Below, one piece after another: positions 1 to 9,461 of a stretch of DNA of 64,000 nucleotides. Where the stretch lies: assembly GCA_963822445.1 (NCBI GenBank), contig CAWGHO010000003.1:896001-960000 (forward strand), written 5' to 3'. Numbering within the stretch: the stretch's first letter is position 1; every line of letters starts with the position of its first letter. The notes under the pieces are model-generated. The model worked only from the letters and a program-made list of their open reading frames with translations. It did not search any database and was not told where the DNA came from. The position numbers and the translations under genes were made by a program. Source of the DNA: an uncultured Acidobacteriota bacterium (GTDB lineage: Bacteria > Acidobacteriota > Thermoanaerobaculia > Gp7-AA8).

Positions 1-122
1 GTGGGGGTGATGGCGATGCGTCCCTCGCCGGCGCGGCAGCTCACGTTTCCCGCGGAACCGGCGACCAGGCCCGCGGCCCACATTTTTTTGGCGTGAAGGG
101 CGACGTCTTCGCGTGGCTGCAT
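1..122 (-). CDS. class II aldolase/adducin family protein, N-terminal part (runs off window)
   Basis: Read manually from ATG at 122: MQPREDVALHAKKMWAAGLVAGSAGNVSCRAGEGRIAITP; GNVS-x-R...ITP motif of FucA-like aldolases. Confidence 0.75.
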   Translation of the reverse strand, partial: MQPREDVALHAKKMWAAGLVAGSAGNVSCRAGEGRIAITP

Positions 123-151
123 GACGTGCGCGAGGCTAGCATGAGCACCGC

Positions 152-1519
152 TTGAATCTGCTCCACCTCTTCGATCTTTCCCTCCTCGCCCGCGCGGACG
201 ACGACGCCCTCGAATGGAACGGCGCGACGTACACCTTCGGCGAGCTGGAACGTCGCAGCAATCGCGTCGCAAATGCGCTGACCTCGCGCGGATTCGAGAA
301 GGGCGATCGCCTCTGCGTCTACATGGCGAACAGCATCGAGCTGATCGACGTCTTCCTGGCCTGCATGAAGCTCGGGGTGATCTTCGTCCCGATCAACATC
401 CTCTATCGCGAGCGGGAGATTGCGCACATCACCACCGACGCGGAACCGCGCGAAGTGATTTCGTCTCCGATCGAGCCGTCGGACTTCGACACGCGTCCGC
501 AAACCCAACTCGACGGCGACACACCGGCCGCAATCATCTACACCTCGGGCACGACCGGCGCGTCGAAGGGTGCGGTGCTCACCCACAACAACTTCCTGAC
601 CAACACGGTCAACTTGTTGACCGCGTGGCAGATCACCAGCGCGGACCGCCTCTTCCTCGCACTCCCGCTCTTCCACATCCACGCCCTCGGCAACGGCCTG
701 CACACCTGGCTGGCCAGCGGATGCCGGATGCGATTGCTGGAGCGGTTCGATCACCGGACCGCGGTCGAGGAGCTGCTCGATTTCCAGCCAACGCTCTTCT
801 TCGGCGTGCCGACGATGTACGTGCGTTTGCTCGAAACGCCCGCGGAGGCGGCGAAAGTCATCGGCAGCCGAATGCGCCTGTTCGTGTCCGGTTCCGCCCC
901 GCTTCCGGCGCATGTCCTCGAGCAGTTCCGCGCGCTTTTCGATCACACCATCCTCGAGCGCTACGGCATGACCGAGACGTTCATGAACATCAGCAATCCG
1001 TACGTCGGCGAGCGCCGCGCGGGGACGGTCGGCTTTCCGCTGCCGGGCGTGTCCGTCCGGATCGAGGACGGCGAGCTGCTGGTGAAGGGCTCGAACGTGT
1101 TTTCCGGTTACTGGCGCCGCGCGGAGAACGTGTTCACGTCCGACGGCTACTTTCGCACCGGCGATCTCGCCACGGTCGATGCCGACGGCTACTACACGTT
1201 GCTCGGCCGCCGCAGCGATCTGATCATCTCCGGAGGCTTCAACATCTATCCCCGCGAAATCGAAGAGCTGCTGCTCGAGCAATTCGGCGTGCGTGAAGCG
1301 GCGGTCGTCGGTGTGCCCGATGACGTGCGAGGCGAGGTGCCGGTCGCGTATCTGGTCGGCGACTTCGACGAGGGGGAGCTCGAGCGCATCTGCCGCGAGC
1401 AGCTCGCGTCGTTCAAAGTGCCGCGGAGGTTCGTGAAGGTGGAGAGCATTCCCCGCACCGCGCTGGGGAAGGTGCAGAAGCATTTGCTCTGGACTGCGGC
1501 AGCAAAGCTGCCGCTCTGA
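152..1519 (+). CDS. AMP-dependent acyl-CoA synthetase (MatB/malonyl-CoA ligase-like)
   Basis: YTSGTTGASKG P-loop, ERYGMTE, FRTGD, GRRSDLIISGGFNIYPREIE, PRTALGKVQK. Confidence 0.9.
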   Translation: MNLLHLFDLSLLARADDDALEWNGATYTFGELERRSNRVANALTSRGFEKGDRLCVYMANSIELIDVFLACMKLGVIFVPINILYREREIAHITTDAEPREVISSPIEPSDFDTRPQTQLDGDTPAAIIYTSGTTGASKGAVLTHNNFLTNTVNLLTAWQITSADRLFLALPLFHIHALGNGLHTWLASGCRMRLLERFDHRTAVEELLDFQPTLFFGVPTMYVRLLETPAEAAKVIGSRMRLFVSGSAPLPAHVLEQFRALFDHTILERYGMTETFMNISNPYVGERRAGTVGFPLPGVSVRIEDGELLVKGSNVFSGYWRRAENVFTSDGYFRTGDLATVDADGYYTLLGRRSDLIISGGFNIYPREIEELLLEQFGVREAAVVGVPDDVRGEVPVAYLVGDFDEGELERICREQLASFKVPRRFVKVESIPRTALGKVQKHLLWTAAAKLPL

Positions 1520-1583
1520 CTTGCGCGAGCGTCAGCTCGCGCTGACGCGAGTAAAAGCGGCGGCTTTGCCGCCGCAGTCCAGA
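1488..1583. repeat. REP-like inverted repeat between convergent genes
   Basis: TCTGGACTGCGGCAGCAAAGCTGCCGCT ... AGCGGCGGCTTTGCCGCCGCAGTCCAGA; left arm lies in the last codons of the synthetase. Confidence 0.7.
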
Positions 1584-1584
1584 A

Positions 1585-2283
1585 TCACGCCGCTTCTTCG
1601 TTCCGGTGATCGCTGGTGATGCGTCCGTCGCGGATCTCCACGATCCGGCTGGCGCGTTTCGCCAGGGCGGGATCGTGGGTGATGATCACCAGCGTGCGGC
1701 CGGCTTTCCAGAGCTCGGTGAAGATCGACATGATGTCGCCGCCGCTGGACGTATCGAGGTTTCCGGTCGGCTCGTCGGCGAGAACGATGTCGGGGTTCAT
1801 CGCCAGCGCGCGGGCGATGGCCACGCGCTGCATCTGACCGCCGGAGAGCTCGGTGGGGCGGTGATCGAGACGGTCGCCGAGGCCGACGCGGGTCAGCAGC
1901 TCCTTCGCGCGTTCGCGGCGGTCTTTCGGTGAGACTCCGCCGAACAGCAGCGGCAGCTCGACGTTCTCCGCGGCGCTGATGTGCGGCAGCAGGTTGAAGT
2001 TCTGGAAGACGAATCCGACGCGGCGATTGCGGATCTCCGCGAGCTGATCGCGCGTCACGCCGGCCACGTTCTCGCCGCCGATCTCGTACGTGCCTTCGGT
2101 CGGCGTATCGAGACAGCCGAGCAGGTTCATGAGCGTCGACTTGCCCGAGCCGGACGGCCCGACGATGGCGACCATTTCGCCGCCGAAGATGTCCAGGTCG
2201 ATGCCTTTGAGCGCTTCGACCTTCACCTTGCCGGTGTCGTAAACCTTCCGGATGCCGGACATGTGAATGATGCTGTCAGCCAT
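1585..2283 (-). CDS. ABC transporter ATP-binding protein (MacB/LolD type)
   Basis: GPSGSGKST, LSGGQMQRVAIARAL, LADEPTGNLD, ITHD. Confidence 0.93.
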   Translation of the reverse strand: MADSIIHMSGIRKVYDTGKVKVEALKGIDLDIFGGEMVAIVGPSGSGKSTLMNLLGCLDTPTEGTYEIGGENVAGVTRDQLAEIRNRRVGFVFQNFNLLPHISAAENVELPLLFGGVSPKDRRERAKELLTRVGLGDRLDHRPTELSGGQMQRVAIARALAMNPDIVLADEPTGNLDTSSGGDIMSIFTELWKAGRTLVIITHDPALAKRASRIVEIRDGRITSDHRNEEAA

Positions 2284-2291
2284 TTGATCTC

Positions 2292-3548
2292 TCATTCATA
2301 ACGAAGTGTTGCCGCGGGATCGACGCGCGCCGCGCGGCGGGCGGGGAAGTAGCCGGCCAGTAATCCGATCATGCCGAGGATGGCCGAGGTGGCCATGCCG
2401 ATGGCGGGCGAGAGCGTGGGGCGGCCCAGGAACGACATCACCCGGTTGCTTTCGATCGGGAGAAACGTCGCCGCGGCGGTCATCAGCGTCGCGATCACGA
2501 TTCCGACCGCGCCGCCGATGAATGTGTAGACCAGCGCCTCGAGCACGAACGGCCAGATGATCCAGCGCGCCTTTGCGCCGAGGGCCATCTTCACGCCGAT
2601 CTCGCGGGTGCGCTCCTTGATGACCGCGAACATGATGTTGGCTACGCCGACGCCGCCGATGAGCAGAGTCAGCGCGCCGACGATGCCGAGGAAGAGCTGG
2701 ATGCCGCCGGTGATCTTCCGGTTCATCTCCGCGCCCTTCACCGTGTCCCAGGTGCCGAACGCGCGCTCGTCGGCCGGGTCGTAACCGAGCTTCGGGCCCA
2801 TGGTCTCGTGGAACTTCTTCAGCATCGGCTTCATGTCGCCCGGGTTGTGGGTCTCGATGAGCAGGTTGCTGAGCCGGTCGCGGCCGAACTGCGCCTTCGC
2901 AGTGGTGATCGGAATGGTGATGTGGGTCGCGTCGGGTCCGCCGTACGTGCCCATCTGCGTCTTGTGCTGCATCACACCGATCACGGTGTAGGGCGCGTTG
3001 TTGATCAGGATGGTCTTGCCGACCGGTTCGACTTTGCCGAAGAGGTCCGTGGCCACTTCATCGCCGATGAAGGCCACGCGGCGGCGTTGCTTCTCGTCTT
3101 CCGGCGACAGCCAGCGGCCACCGGCGACGGGGTAATGCTTGCGGGCGTCGCCGTACTCCCAGCTCACGCCGATGACGCGCGAGTTGATGGTCTTGCGTTC
3201 CCAGGCGATGGCCGTGCGCCACGACGTGATCTCGCCGATGACCGACTTGAGCTCGGGCATGCGCGCACGCACGAATTCGAGGTCGTCGATGCGCGGACGG
3301 ATCGGACGGCCGGGAGGAAGTCCGCGGAACGACTTCGACGTCTCGCCCGGCCAGAGCACGGAGATGTTCTCGCCCATGGCCCGGCGGTTCTTGTCGAGCT
3401 GCAGCTTCAGCCCTTCGCCGAATGCGAGCAGCAGCAGAATCGCCACCGTGCCCCACGCGATCGAAGCGATGGTGAGGAAGGCGCGCTTCTTCTGAAGCTG
3501 GCTGGCCTTCGCGAAGAGCGAGAAGATGACGTGCAGATCGTGTTTCAT
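2292..3548 (-). CDS. ABC transporter permease (MacB/FtsX family)
   Basis: N-terminal TM, large periplasmic domain, GVGVANIM..ERTREIGVKMALGA, PARRAARVDP. Confidence 0.9.
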   Translation of the reverse strand: MKHDLHVIFSLFAKASQLQKKRAFLTIASIAWGTVAILLLLAFGEGLKLQLDKNRRAMGENISVLWPGETSKSFRGLPPGRPIRPRIDDLEFVRARMPELKSVIGEITSWRTAIAWERKTINSRVIGVSWEYGDARKHYPVAGGRWLSPEDEKQRRRVAFIGDEVATDLFGKVEPVGKTILINNAPYTVIGVMQHKTQMGTYGGPDATHITIPITTAKAQFGRDRLSNLLIETHNPGDMKPMLKKFHETMGPKLGYDPADERAFGTWDTVKGAEMNRKITGGIQLFLGIVGALTLLIGGVGVANIMFAVIKERTREIGVKMALGAKARWIIWPFVLEALVYTFIGGAVGIVIATLMTAAATFLPIESNRVMSFLGRPTLSPAIGMATSAILGMIGLLAGYFPARRAARVDPAATLRYE

Positions 3549-4774
3549 AGCTTCATCGCCACCACTGGATCCAACCGCGATGCGTCACGGGCGGGGAAGT
3601 AACCGGCCAGCAATCCGACGATGCCCAGCGCGGTTGCCGTGAGCACTGCCACCATCGGCGAGAGCTCCGGCTTGCCCACGAACTCCTGCGGTCCTTCGGG
3701 GAAAATCGCACAGATGCCGTAGGAGATGGCGAAGCCGATTGCGCCGCCGACCGCGGTGACGAGCATGGTCTCCAGAAGGAACTGGGTCATGATCCAGCGC
3801 TGCTTCGCGCCGAGGGCCATCTTGATGCCGATCTCGCGGGTGCGCTCCTCGATGATCACGTTCATGATGTTCGAGACGCCGATGCCGCCGACGACGAGGG
3901 TGAGCACGCCGATGATGCCGAGGAAGGCGTTGAAGGCGAGCATGAACATGTCGAAGAACTGGAACTGTTCGGTGGTGTCCCAGATCGACAGTGCTTCCTT
4001 GTCGTCCTTGTTGAAGCGGAGCCGTTTGCCGAACGCCGCGCGCAGGTCCTCGATCACGGCCTTGGTCTGCGTCGGGTTCGCGGCCTGGAGGACGATGTTG
4101 TCGATGTACTTCTCGCCGGTCAGTGCGCGATAGGTCGACGCGGGGATGAAGATCTTTTCCTTGTCCCGCCCGCTGTAGCTCGAGTCCTGTTCCTTGGCCT
4201 GAAGTACGCCGATGACCTGGAACGGCGACTGGTTGATCAGGACGGTCTTGCCGATGGCGTCGGACTCGCCGAAGACGTTGGTCTTGAGCTCGTCGCCGAT
4301 GAACGCCACCCGCCGCTGCGAGCCTTCGTCGAGCGGATTGATGAACCGCCCGCCGGCCACGGGGATGAGATTGCGCATCTCCCCGAACTCGGGCGCGACA
4401 CCGGAGATGTCGACGGAGATGGTCTTCGTGCCGTAGTCGAGGCGCATGGAGGTCATGTACTCGCCCGACACGCGCTTGAGTCCCTGCACTTCCGTGCGGA
4501 TGGCCTGAATGTCCTCTTCGGCCACACGCAACCGCCGCCCCTTGCCGAGGCCTTCGTGCGGAATGGAAGTGAGCCCGGCCCAGACGATGACGATGCGATC
4601 GCCGAGGCCAGCCGTGTTCCTGATGAGCTGCTTGTGCAGCCCCGTCCCGAACGCGAGCATCAGACTGATCGCAACCGTTCCCCAGACGATCCCGAAGACC
4701 GTCAGAAACGTGCGCAGCTTTTCATTGCGCACATCGCGGAAGAGCTGGCGGAGGACTTCTTTGATGGAAACCAT
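3545..4774 (-). CDS. ABC transporter permease (MacB/FtsX family)
   Basis: LRTFLTVFGIVWG, GIGVSNIM..ERTREIGIKMALGA, PARDASRLDP. Confidence 0.9.
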   Translation of the reverse strand: MVSIKEVLRQLFRDVRNEKLRTFLTVFGIVWGTVAISLMLAFGTGLHKQLIRNTAGLGDRIVIVWAGLTSIPHEGLGKGRRLRVAEEDIQAIRTEVQGLKRVSGEYMTSMRLDYGTKTISVDISGVAPEFGEMRNLIPVAGGRFINPLDEGSQRRVAFIGDELKTNVFGESDAIGKTVLINQSPFQVIGVLQAKEQDSSYSGRDKEKIFIPASTYRALTGEKYIDNIVLQAANPTQTKAVIEDLRAAFGKRLRFNKDDKEALSIWDTTEQFQFFDMFMLAFNAFLGIIGVLTLVVGGIGVSNIMNVIIEERTREIGIKMALGAKQRWIMTQFLLETMLVTAVGGAIGFAISYGICAIFPEGPQEFVGKPELSPMVAVLTATALGIVGLLAGYFPARDASRLDPVVAMKL

Positions 4775-4780
4775 GTTGTC

Positions 4781-4859
4781 GGGTTCCGGGGGTTACGGGG
4801 TTTCGGGGTTTCGAGGTGGGTGTTACCCCGTAACCCCGAAACCTCGTAACCCCGTAACC
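4781..4859. repeat. octamer tandem inverted repeat hairpin (GGTTWCGG)n ... (ACCCCGWA)n
   Basis: GGTTACGG GGTTTCGG GGTTTCGA then ACCCCGTA ACCCCGAA ACCTCGTA ACCCCGTA. Confidence 0.8.
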
Positions 4860-4866
4860 AGCGAAG

Positions 4867-5967
4867 CTAGCTGATCTCCTTCGGCGGCCTCTCCACAACT
4901 TTCTCCCCCTTCTTCAGCCCCGAAACGACCTCGATGTTCAGGCCGTCGCTGATGCCGGTCTTGATCTCCACTTTTTTCGGTTCGGCTTTGGGGTCGGCGT
5001 TGGGGATCTCGACCATCGTCTTCTTGCCGCCGTCTTCGAACGTCACCAGGCGTTCGGGGAGGACGAGGACGTCCTTCTTCTCGCGGATGATCACGTCGGC
5101 GTTCGCGGAGTAGCCGGCGCGGAGGGTGATCTTCGCGTTCGGCTCGAGCTCGATCTCCACGTCGAACAGCGTGGCCCCTTCCTTCTGCTGGGCCTGGGGG
5201 GCGATGCGGGAGACCCTGCCGGTGACGACGTCCGTCGGCAGCGCGCCGACTTTGATGCGCGTGGTCATGCCCGCGGAGAGCTTGCCGACGTCGATCTCAT
5301 CGACCGTGCCTTTGAAAATGAGGTCGGACATGTCGGCGATGGTCGCCATCTCTGTTCCGGGCTGGTACGAGGTCAGGGGAACGATCGGGTCGCCCGGATT
5401 CACGGCGCGGCTGAGGATCGTGCCGGCGGCCGGCGCGCGAATGATCGATTCCGTTCCGCCCGCGGTCAGACGTCCGCGGCGGGTGAGCTCGCGGTCCTGC
5501 TGCGCTTTCATCAGAGCGACGCGATTCAGCTCGAACGCTTCTTTCTTCTGCTCCACTTCCGACTTCGGCAGCACGCCGCTGCGGGCGAGCTCCTGGGCGC
5601 GGACGTAATCGCCTTCCGCGCGACGGAAGCTGGCCTGCGCGGACTCGACGCGGCGATCGACTTCCGTGACTTCGAGCGGCGTCGGATCGGGCGCGATCTC
5701 GAACAGCGGATCGCCGGCCTTGACCGTGTCGCCCACTTCGACCATGGCCCGGCGGACGATGCCGGAGATTTTCGACTTCACCTGGAACTTCTGGCGCGGC
5801 TGGATCTGGCCGACGGCGACCGCCTTCTCGACGATCGTTCCCTGGATGACCTCGACTTCCTTCAGAGAGCCGTCTTTCTTCTTGCTGTTGCGGGCGACGG
5901 CGTACACCCCGACCGTCACGGCGGCGAGGATGACGAGGATGAGGAGGATTTTTCCGAGTCTGGACAT
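4867..5967 (-). CDS. efflux periplasmic adaptor subunit (MacA/HlyD family)
   Basis: N-terminal anchor, VKSKISGIV..VEVGDTVKAGDPL, IRAPAAGTI, GISDGLNIEVVSGLKKGEKV. Confidence 0.9.
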   Translation of the reverse strand: MSRLGKILLILVILAAVTVGVYAVARNSKKKDGSLKEVEVIQGTIVEKAVAVGQIQPRQKFQVKSKISGIVRRAMVEVGDTVKAGDPLFEIAPDPTPLEVTEVDRRVESAQASFRRAEGDYVRAQELARSGVLPKSEVEQKKEAFELNRVALMKAQQDRELTRRGRLTAGGTESIIRAPAAGTILSRAVNPGDPIVPLTSYQPGTEMATIADMSDLIFKGTVDEIDVGKLSAGMTTRIKVGALPTDVVTGRVSRIAPQAQQKEGATLFDVEIELEPNAKITLRAGYSANADVIIREKKDVLVLPERLVTFEDGGKKTMVEIPNADPKAEPKKVEIKTGISDGLNIEVVSGLKKGEKVVERPPKEIS

Positions 5968-6025
5968 GCGTGGCTCTCCTGACAGAGGCCAAGTACGCAG
6001 GCAACAACGAAAAGTTTCGGAGTCA

Positions 6026-6098
6026 GTACGGCGGGCGTCTCGCCCGCCCGGCGACGGGCATCATGCCCGTCGCGAAGCGGGCGGGACGCCCGCCGTAC
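6026..6098. repeat. GTAC-ended REP-like palindrome
   Basis: GTACGGCGGGCGTCTCGCCCGC ... GCGGGCGGGACGCCCGCCGTAC with an internal hairpin. Confidence 0.7.
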
Positions 6099-6107
6099 GT
6101 GCATGAA

Positions 6108-8426
6108 TCAAATCGGCGGCCCTGGCGGCACGGGCGGCGGCGTGGGCGGTTTCCACGGCTCCGCGGGTCGATTGAGAAAGCGCTCGATGTCGTCGCGGGT
6201 CGCGCGGCGGTGGGCGTCCTCCGATGCATCGCGTGTTCCGGCGCGGAGACGATCGGACAAACGCCGAAGCCCATCGACCGCTTCCGCGCGCGCCTGCGGA
6301 TCGGTCTCACGATTCGCGGCGAGATCGGAAAGGCGCGTCACGAAAATCGTGCGCGTGCCGCGCGAGACGGAGCCTTGCTGCATGACCACGTCGATCATCG
6401 CGTTCAGAACGTCGCGCAGGGTGAAGTCCTGCTGCTGCGCGAGCCGCGACGCGCGCGAGGAATCGAGCAGCGCGGAGATGGTGATGTCCGCGGAGGTCAT
6501 GGCCGCGGCGATTGGATCGAAGGTCGGATCGGTGCGCCGCGGAAAGAGCTCGGTGTTGGCGTTGCCGGTTCCGTACGCCGGCGGCGGAATCAGCGCCACG
6601 ATGCGCGGCGGGACCTCCAGGAACTTCGGATCGAGCGTCGCCAGCACTGCATTCAACGCCTCCCGCTGCTGCTGCGCCGGAACGGGCCGCGGCAACTCCG
6701 ACGATCCGTCGTCATTCACGCTGTAAGTGAAAAACACCCCGCCAATCGACTTCGTCGCCGCCTCGGTCTGATAGCGATGGTGAAGGTAGAGCGGCACGAG
6801 CTGCTCTTCGAGCGCGGACAGAGCCTCTCCGCGTTTCAGATTCTTCAGCCCGAACTGCTCGAGCGCCAATCGCCGCACTTCGATCTCGTGCCGCAGCATC
6901 ACGACCGGATCGCCGCCGTTGTCCCACACCGATCCGAGGGGATGCGCGCCGCCGACAGCGCGCGAATGCGGATCGGAAACGAACAGCGGCGTGGCCCGCG
7001 CCAGCGCCTCGAGCTCCGCGTCATTCGCAACCGGCGCGTACGCATAACGAATCGCCGCAATGTCGTAAGGCGCAACCCCGGTCGCATAAGCCTCGGACAA
7101 ATCGAGCTTGCCATTGACGATCTTCACGTACGGCGCGGGATAGTCCATCACCGAGGCGCGGTTGTAGGTCGAGGCGGCCATGTTGTGGTCGAGACCGAGC
7201 GTGTGGCCGACCTCGTGCGCGGAAAGCTGGCGGATCCGGGCCAGGGCCATCAGCGACGGAGACGTGTTCGGATCGAGCTCGTCGTACGTCGACATGAGCC
7301 CGCGGGCGAGCATCACGTCCTGGCGGATGCGCAGCGATCCGAGGAGGACCGTGCCTTTGATGATCTCGCCGGTGCGGGGATCGACGACGCTCGCGCCGTA
7401 CGACCAGCCGCGCGTGGAGCGATGCACCCAGTTGATGACGTTGTAGCGGACGTCCAGCGGATCGGCGTCAACCGGCAGGACTTTCACCTGAAATCCGTTC
7501 GGATAGCCGGCCGCTTCGAATGCGGTGTTCCACCACGCTGCGCCTTCGACCAGCGCGGTGCGGATCGGCTCGGGCACGCCGTTGTCGACGTAGTAGACGA
7601 GCGGTTTGCCGGGCTCCATGCGATGGCGGGCGATCCACGTTTTCGAGATCGGCTCGGTGAACGGCGATGCGTAATCGTAGAAGTCGATGCCGAAGACGCC
7701 GACGCGCGGATCGGAGCGACGCGGCTGGTAGCCGGGCTCGGGGAGGGCGACGAAGGAGTGATGCTCGCGAACGGTGATGACGTCGGCAGTAGGCGTCACG
7801 CCGCGCACGAGCGCCCCCGGCCGGTCATTCGTGCTGAACGTCAGCGTCGCCTCGACCTCGGTGTTCTTCTGGAACGCTTTGGTGCGGGGGAGGTAGATCG
7901 CGCTTCGATTGCGATCGAGGGTGTACGAGCCCTGCTGCGCATCGCGGAGGCGGCGAGCGACGCCATGCGCGTCGCTGAGAAAGAACTCCGTGGCATCGAC
8001 CATCACGCCGCGCGGCGTGGTCTGCTCGACTTTGAATCCGGCGAGGATCGAGGTCGCGAAGGATTGCTCGACCGTTCGGCGCTCGGATGGGTCGTTGCTG
8101 ATCGCGCGGAACGCGTAATTCGGTTCGACCATCAGCACGCGCGGTCCGACCCGTTCGAAACGGACGACATGCGTCGCGCCGAGCTGCGAGCGATCGAGGC
8201 CGACGGGATTCGAGCCCACGCCCGACGCCAGCGAGACCTGCCAGATCAGCTCTTCATTGAAGCGCGTGATCTCCATCATCAGCTTGCCGGTGGCTTCGTC
8301 CCATTGCAGGGGGATGAAGCCTTCGAGGGTGGTGAGGGTGTTCGTCACCGGTTGCGCCGGCGGCGGTGTGGGCGCGGTGGTGGTGCAGGCGGTGAGGAGG
8401 ATGGCAAGGGCAATCGCGCTTCGCAT
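6108..8426 (-). CDS. zinc-dependent metalloprotease lipoprotein (DUF5117/DUF5118-type zincin)
   Basis: Lipoprotein signal MRSAIALAILLTAC, HEVGHTLGLDHN zinc motif, Met-turn SVMDY; start reassigned to ATG at 8426. Confidence 0.85.
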   Translation of the reverse strand: MRSAIALAILLTACTTTAPTPPPAQPVTNTLTTLEGFIPLQWDEATGKLMMEITRFNEELIWQVSLASGVGSNPVGLDRSQLGATHVVRFERVGPRVLMVEPNYAFRAISNDPSERRTVEQSFATSILAGFKVEQTTPRGVMVDATEFFLSDAHGVARRLRDAQQGSYTLDRNRSAIYLPRTKAFQKNTEVEATLTFSTNDRPGALVRGVTPTADVITVREHHSFVALPEPGYQPRRSDPRVGVFGIDFYDYASPFTEPISKTWIARHRMEPGKPLVYYVDNGVPEPIRTALVEGAAWWNTAFEAAGYPNGFQVKVLPVDADPLDVRYNVINWVHRSTRGWSYGASVVDPRTGEIIKGTVLLGSLRIRQDVMLARGLMSTYDELDPNTSPSLMALARIRQLSAHEVGHTLGLDHNMAASTYNRASVMDYPAPYVKIVNGKLDLSEAYATGVAPYDIAAIRYAYAPVANDAELEALARATPLFVSDPHSRAVGGAHPLGSVWDNGGDPVVMLRHEIEVRRLALEQFGLKNLKRGEALSALEEQLVPLYLHHRYQTEAATKSIGGVFFTYSVNDDGSSELPRPVPAQQQREALNAVLATLDPKFLEVPPRIVALIPPPAYGTGNANTELFPRRTDPTFDPIAAAMTSADITISALLDSSRASRLAQQQDFTLRDVLNAMIDVVMQQGSVSRGTRTIFVTRLSDLAANRETDPQARAEAVDGLRRLSDRLRAGTRDASEDAHRRATRDDIERFLNRPAEPWKPPTPPPVPPGPPI

Positions 8427-8501
8427 CGGGCGCGATTGTACGTGCCGATGCGCTATCCTCGGCCAGTCCAATCCGGTCAACAAACAGGCGAGGAGCGCGG
8501 A

Positions 8502-9461
8502 ATGTTCAGCTTCGCGAAATTCGGCCCGATGGAGTACGTGATCCATTACTCGGATGGAAAAGTGCGGAGGGAGGGGCGTGGGCTCTCCTTCTTCTACTGG
8601 GTACCGACGTCGACGATCGTCGCCGTCCCCGTAGGTAGCGCAGACGTCCCGTTCGTGTTCAATCAGGTAACTCAGGATTTTCAGACCGTCACGATTCAGG
8701 GTCAGCTCACCTATCGCGTAACGGAGCCGCGCCGACTGGCCGAGGTGCTCGACTTCACCACCGCACGTCTCGGCGGCTATCGAAGCAAGGATCCAGACAA
8801 ACTCGCGCAAAGACTGATCAATCAGGCTCAGACGGCGAGCAGCACGCTCATGGCGCAGCTCACGCTACGCGACGCGTTGCGATCCGCGCCGCGAATCACC
8901 GAGGCGATCATGACTGGCCTTCGCACCTCGCCGGCGATCCAGGCACTCGGCGTTGAGCCCTTGAACGTGGCGATCGTGGCGATTTCGCCAACCCCGGAGA
9001 TGGCGCGTGCGCTCGAGGCTGAGGCGCGGGAAGGCCTGCAGCAGGAAGCCGACATGGCCGTGTACGCCCGGCGCGACAACGCTGTAGCGCAGGAGCGGAA
9101 GATCAAGGAGAGCGAGCTCAATACCGAGATCGCGGTCGAGGAAAAGAAGCGGCAGATTCGCGAGACGCAGATGCAGTCGGAGATCGCCGTGGAGGAGCAG
9201 CGGAAGCAGCTCGTGACGGTGCAGTCGGAAAACGAGCGGACGATGGCCGAGGCGCGGGCGTTCGCGATGCAGGCCACGCTCGAGCCGCTGAAGAACGTCG
9301 ACTGGCGGACGCTGACCGCCATCACCAGCGGCGGTGCCGATACGAGACTTGCCATCGCCCACGCCTTCCGCGAGCTCGCCGAAAACGCGGGGAAGATTGG
9401 AGTGCTCAACATCTCACCCGATCTCCTCGACAACCTTCTCCGCGATTCCTCGGATCGATGA
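8502..9461 (+). CDS. SPFH/band-7 domain protein with C-terminal coiled coil
   Basis: AGGAG RBS before ATG 8502; TQDFQTVTIQGQLTYRV band-7 motif; ARRDNAVAQERKIKESEL coiled coil. Confidence 0.85.
   Translation: MFSFAKFGPMEYVIHYSDGKVRREGRGLSFFYWVPTSTIVAVPVGSADVPFVFNQVTQDFQTVTIQGQLTYRVTEPRRLAEVLDFTTARLGGYRSKDPDKLAQRLINQAQTASSTLMAQLTLRDALRSAPRITEAIMTGLRTSPAIQALGVEPLNVAIVAISPTPEMARALEAEAREGLQQEADMAVYARRDNAVAQERKIKESELNTEIAVEEKKRQIRETQMQSEIAVEEQRKQLVTVQSENERTMAEARAFAMQATLEPLKNVDWRTLTAITSGGADTRLAIAHAFRELAENAGKIGVLNISPDLLDNLLRDSSDR

Noticed and set aside
5970-9461. 1163-aa ORF as a large fusion protein
   Set aside because: The first ~840 aa are the antisense shadow of the metalloprotease; the real SPFH gene starts at 8502 after an RBS
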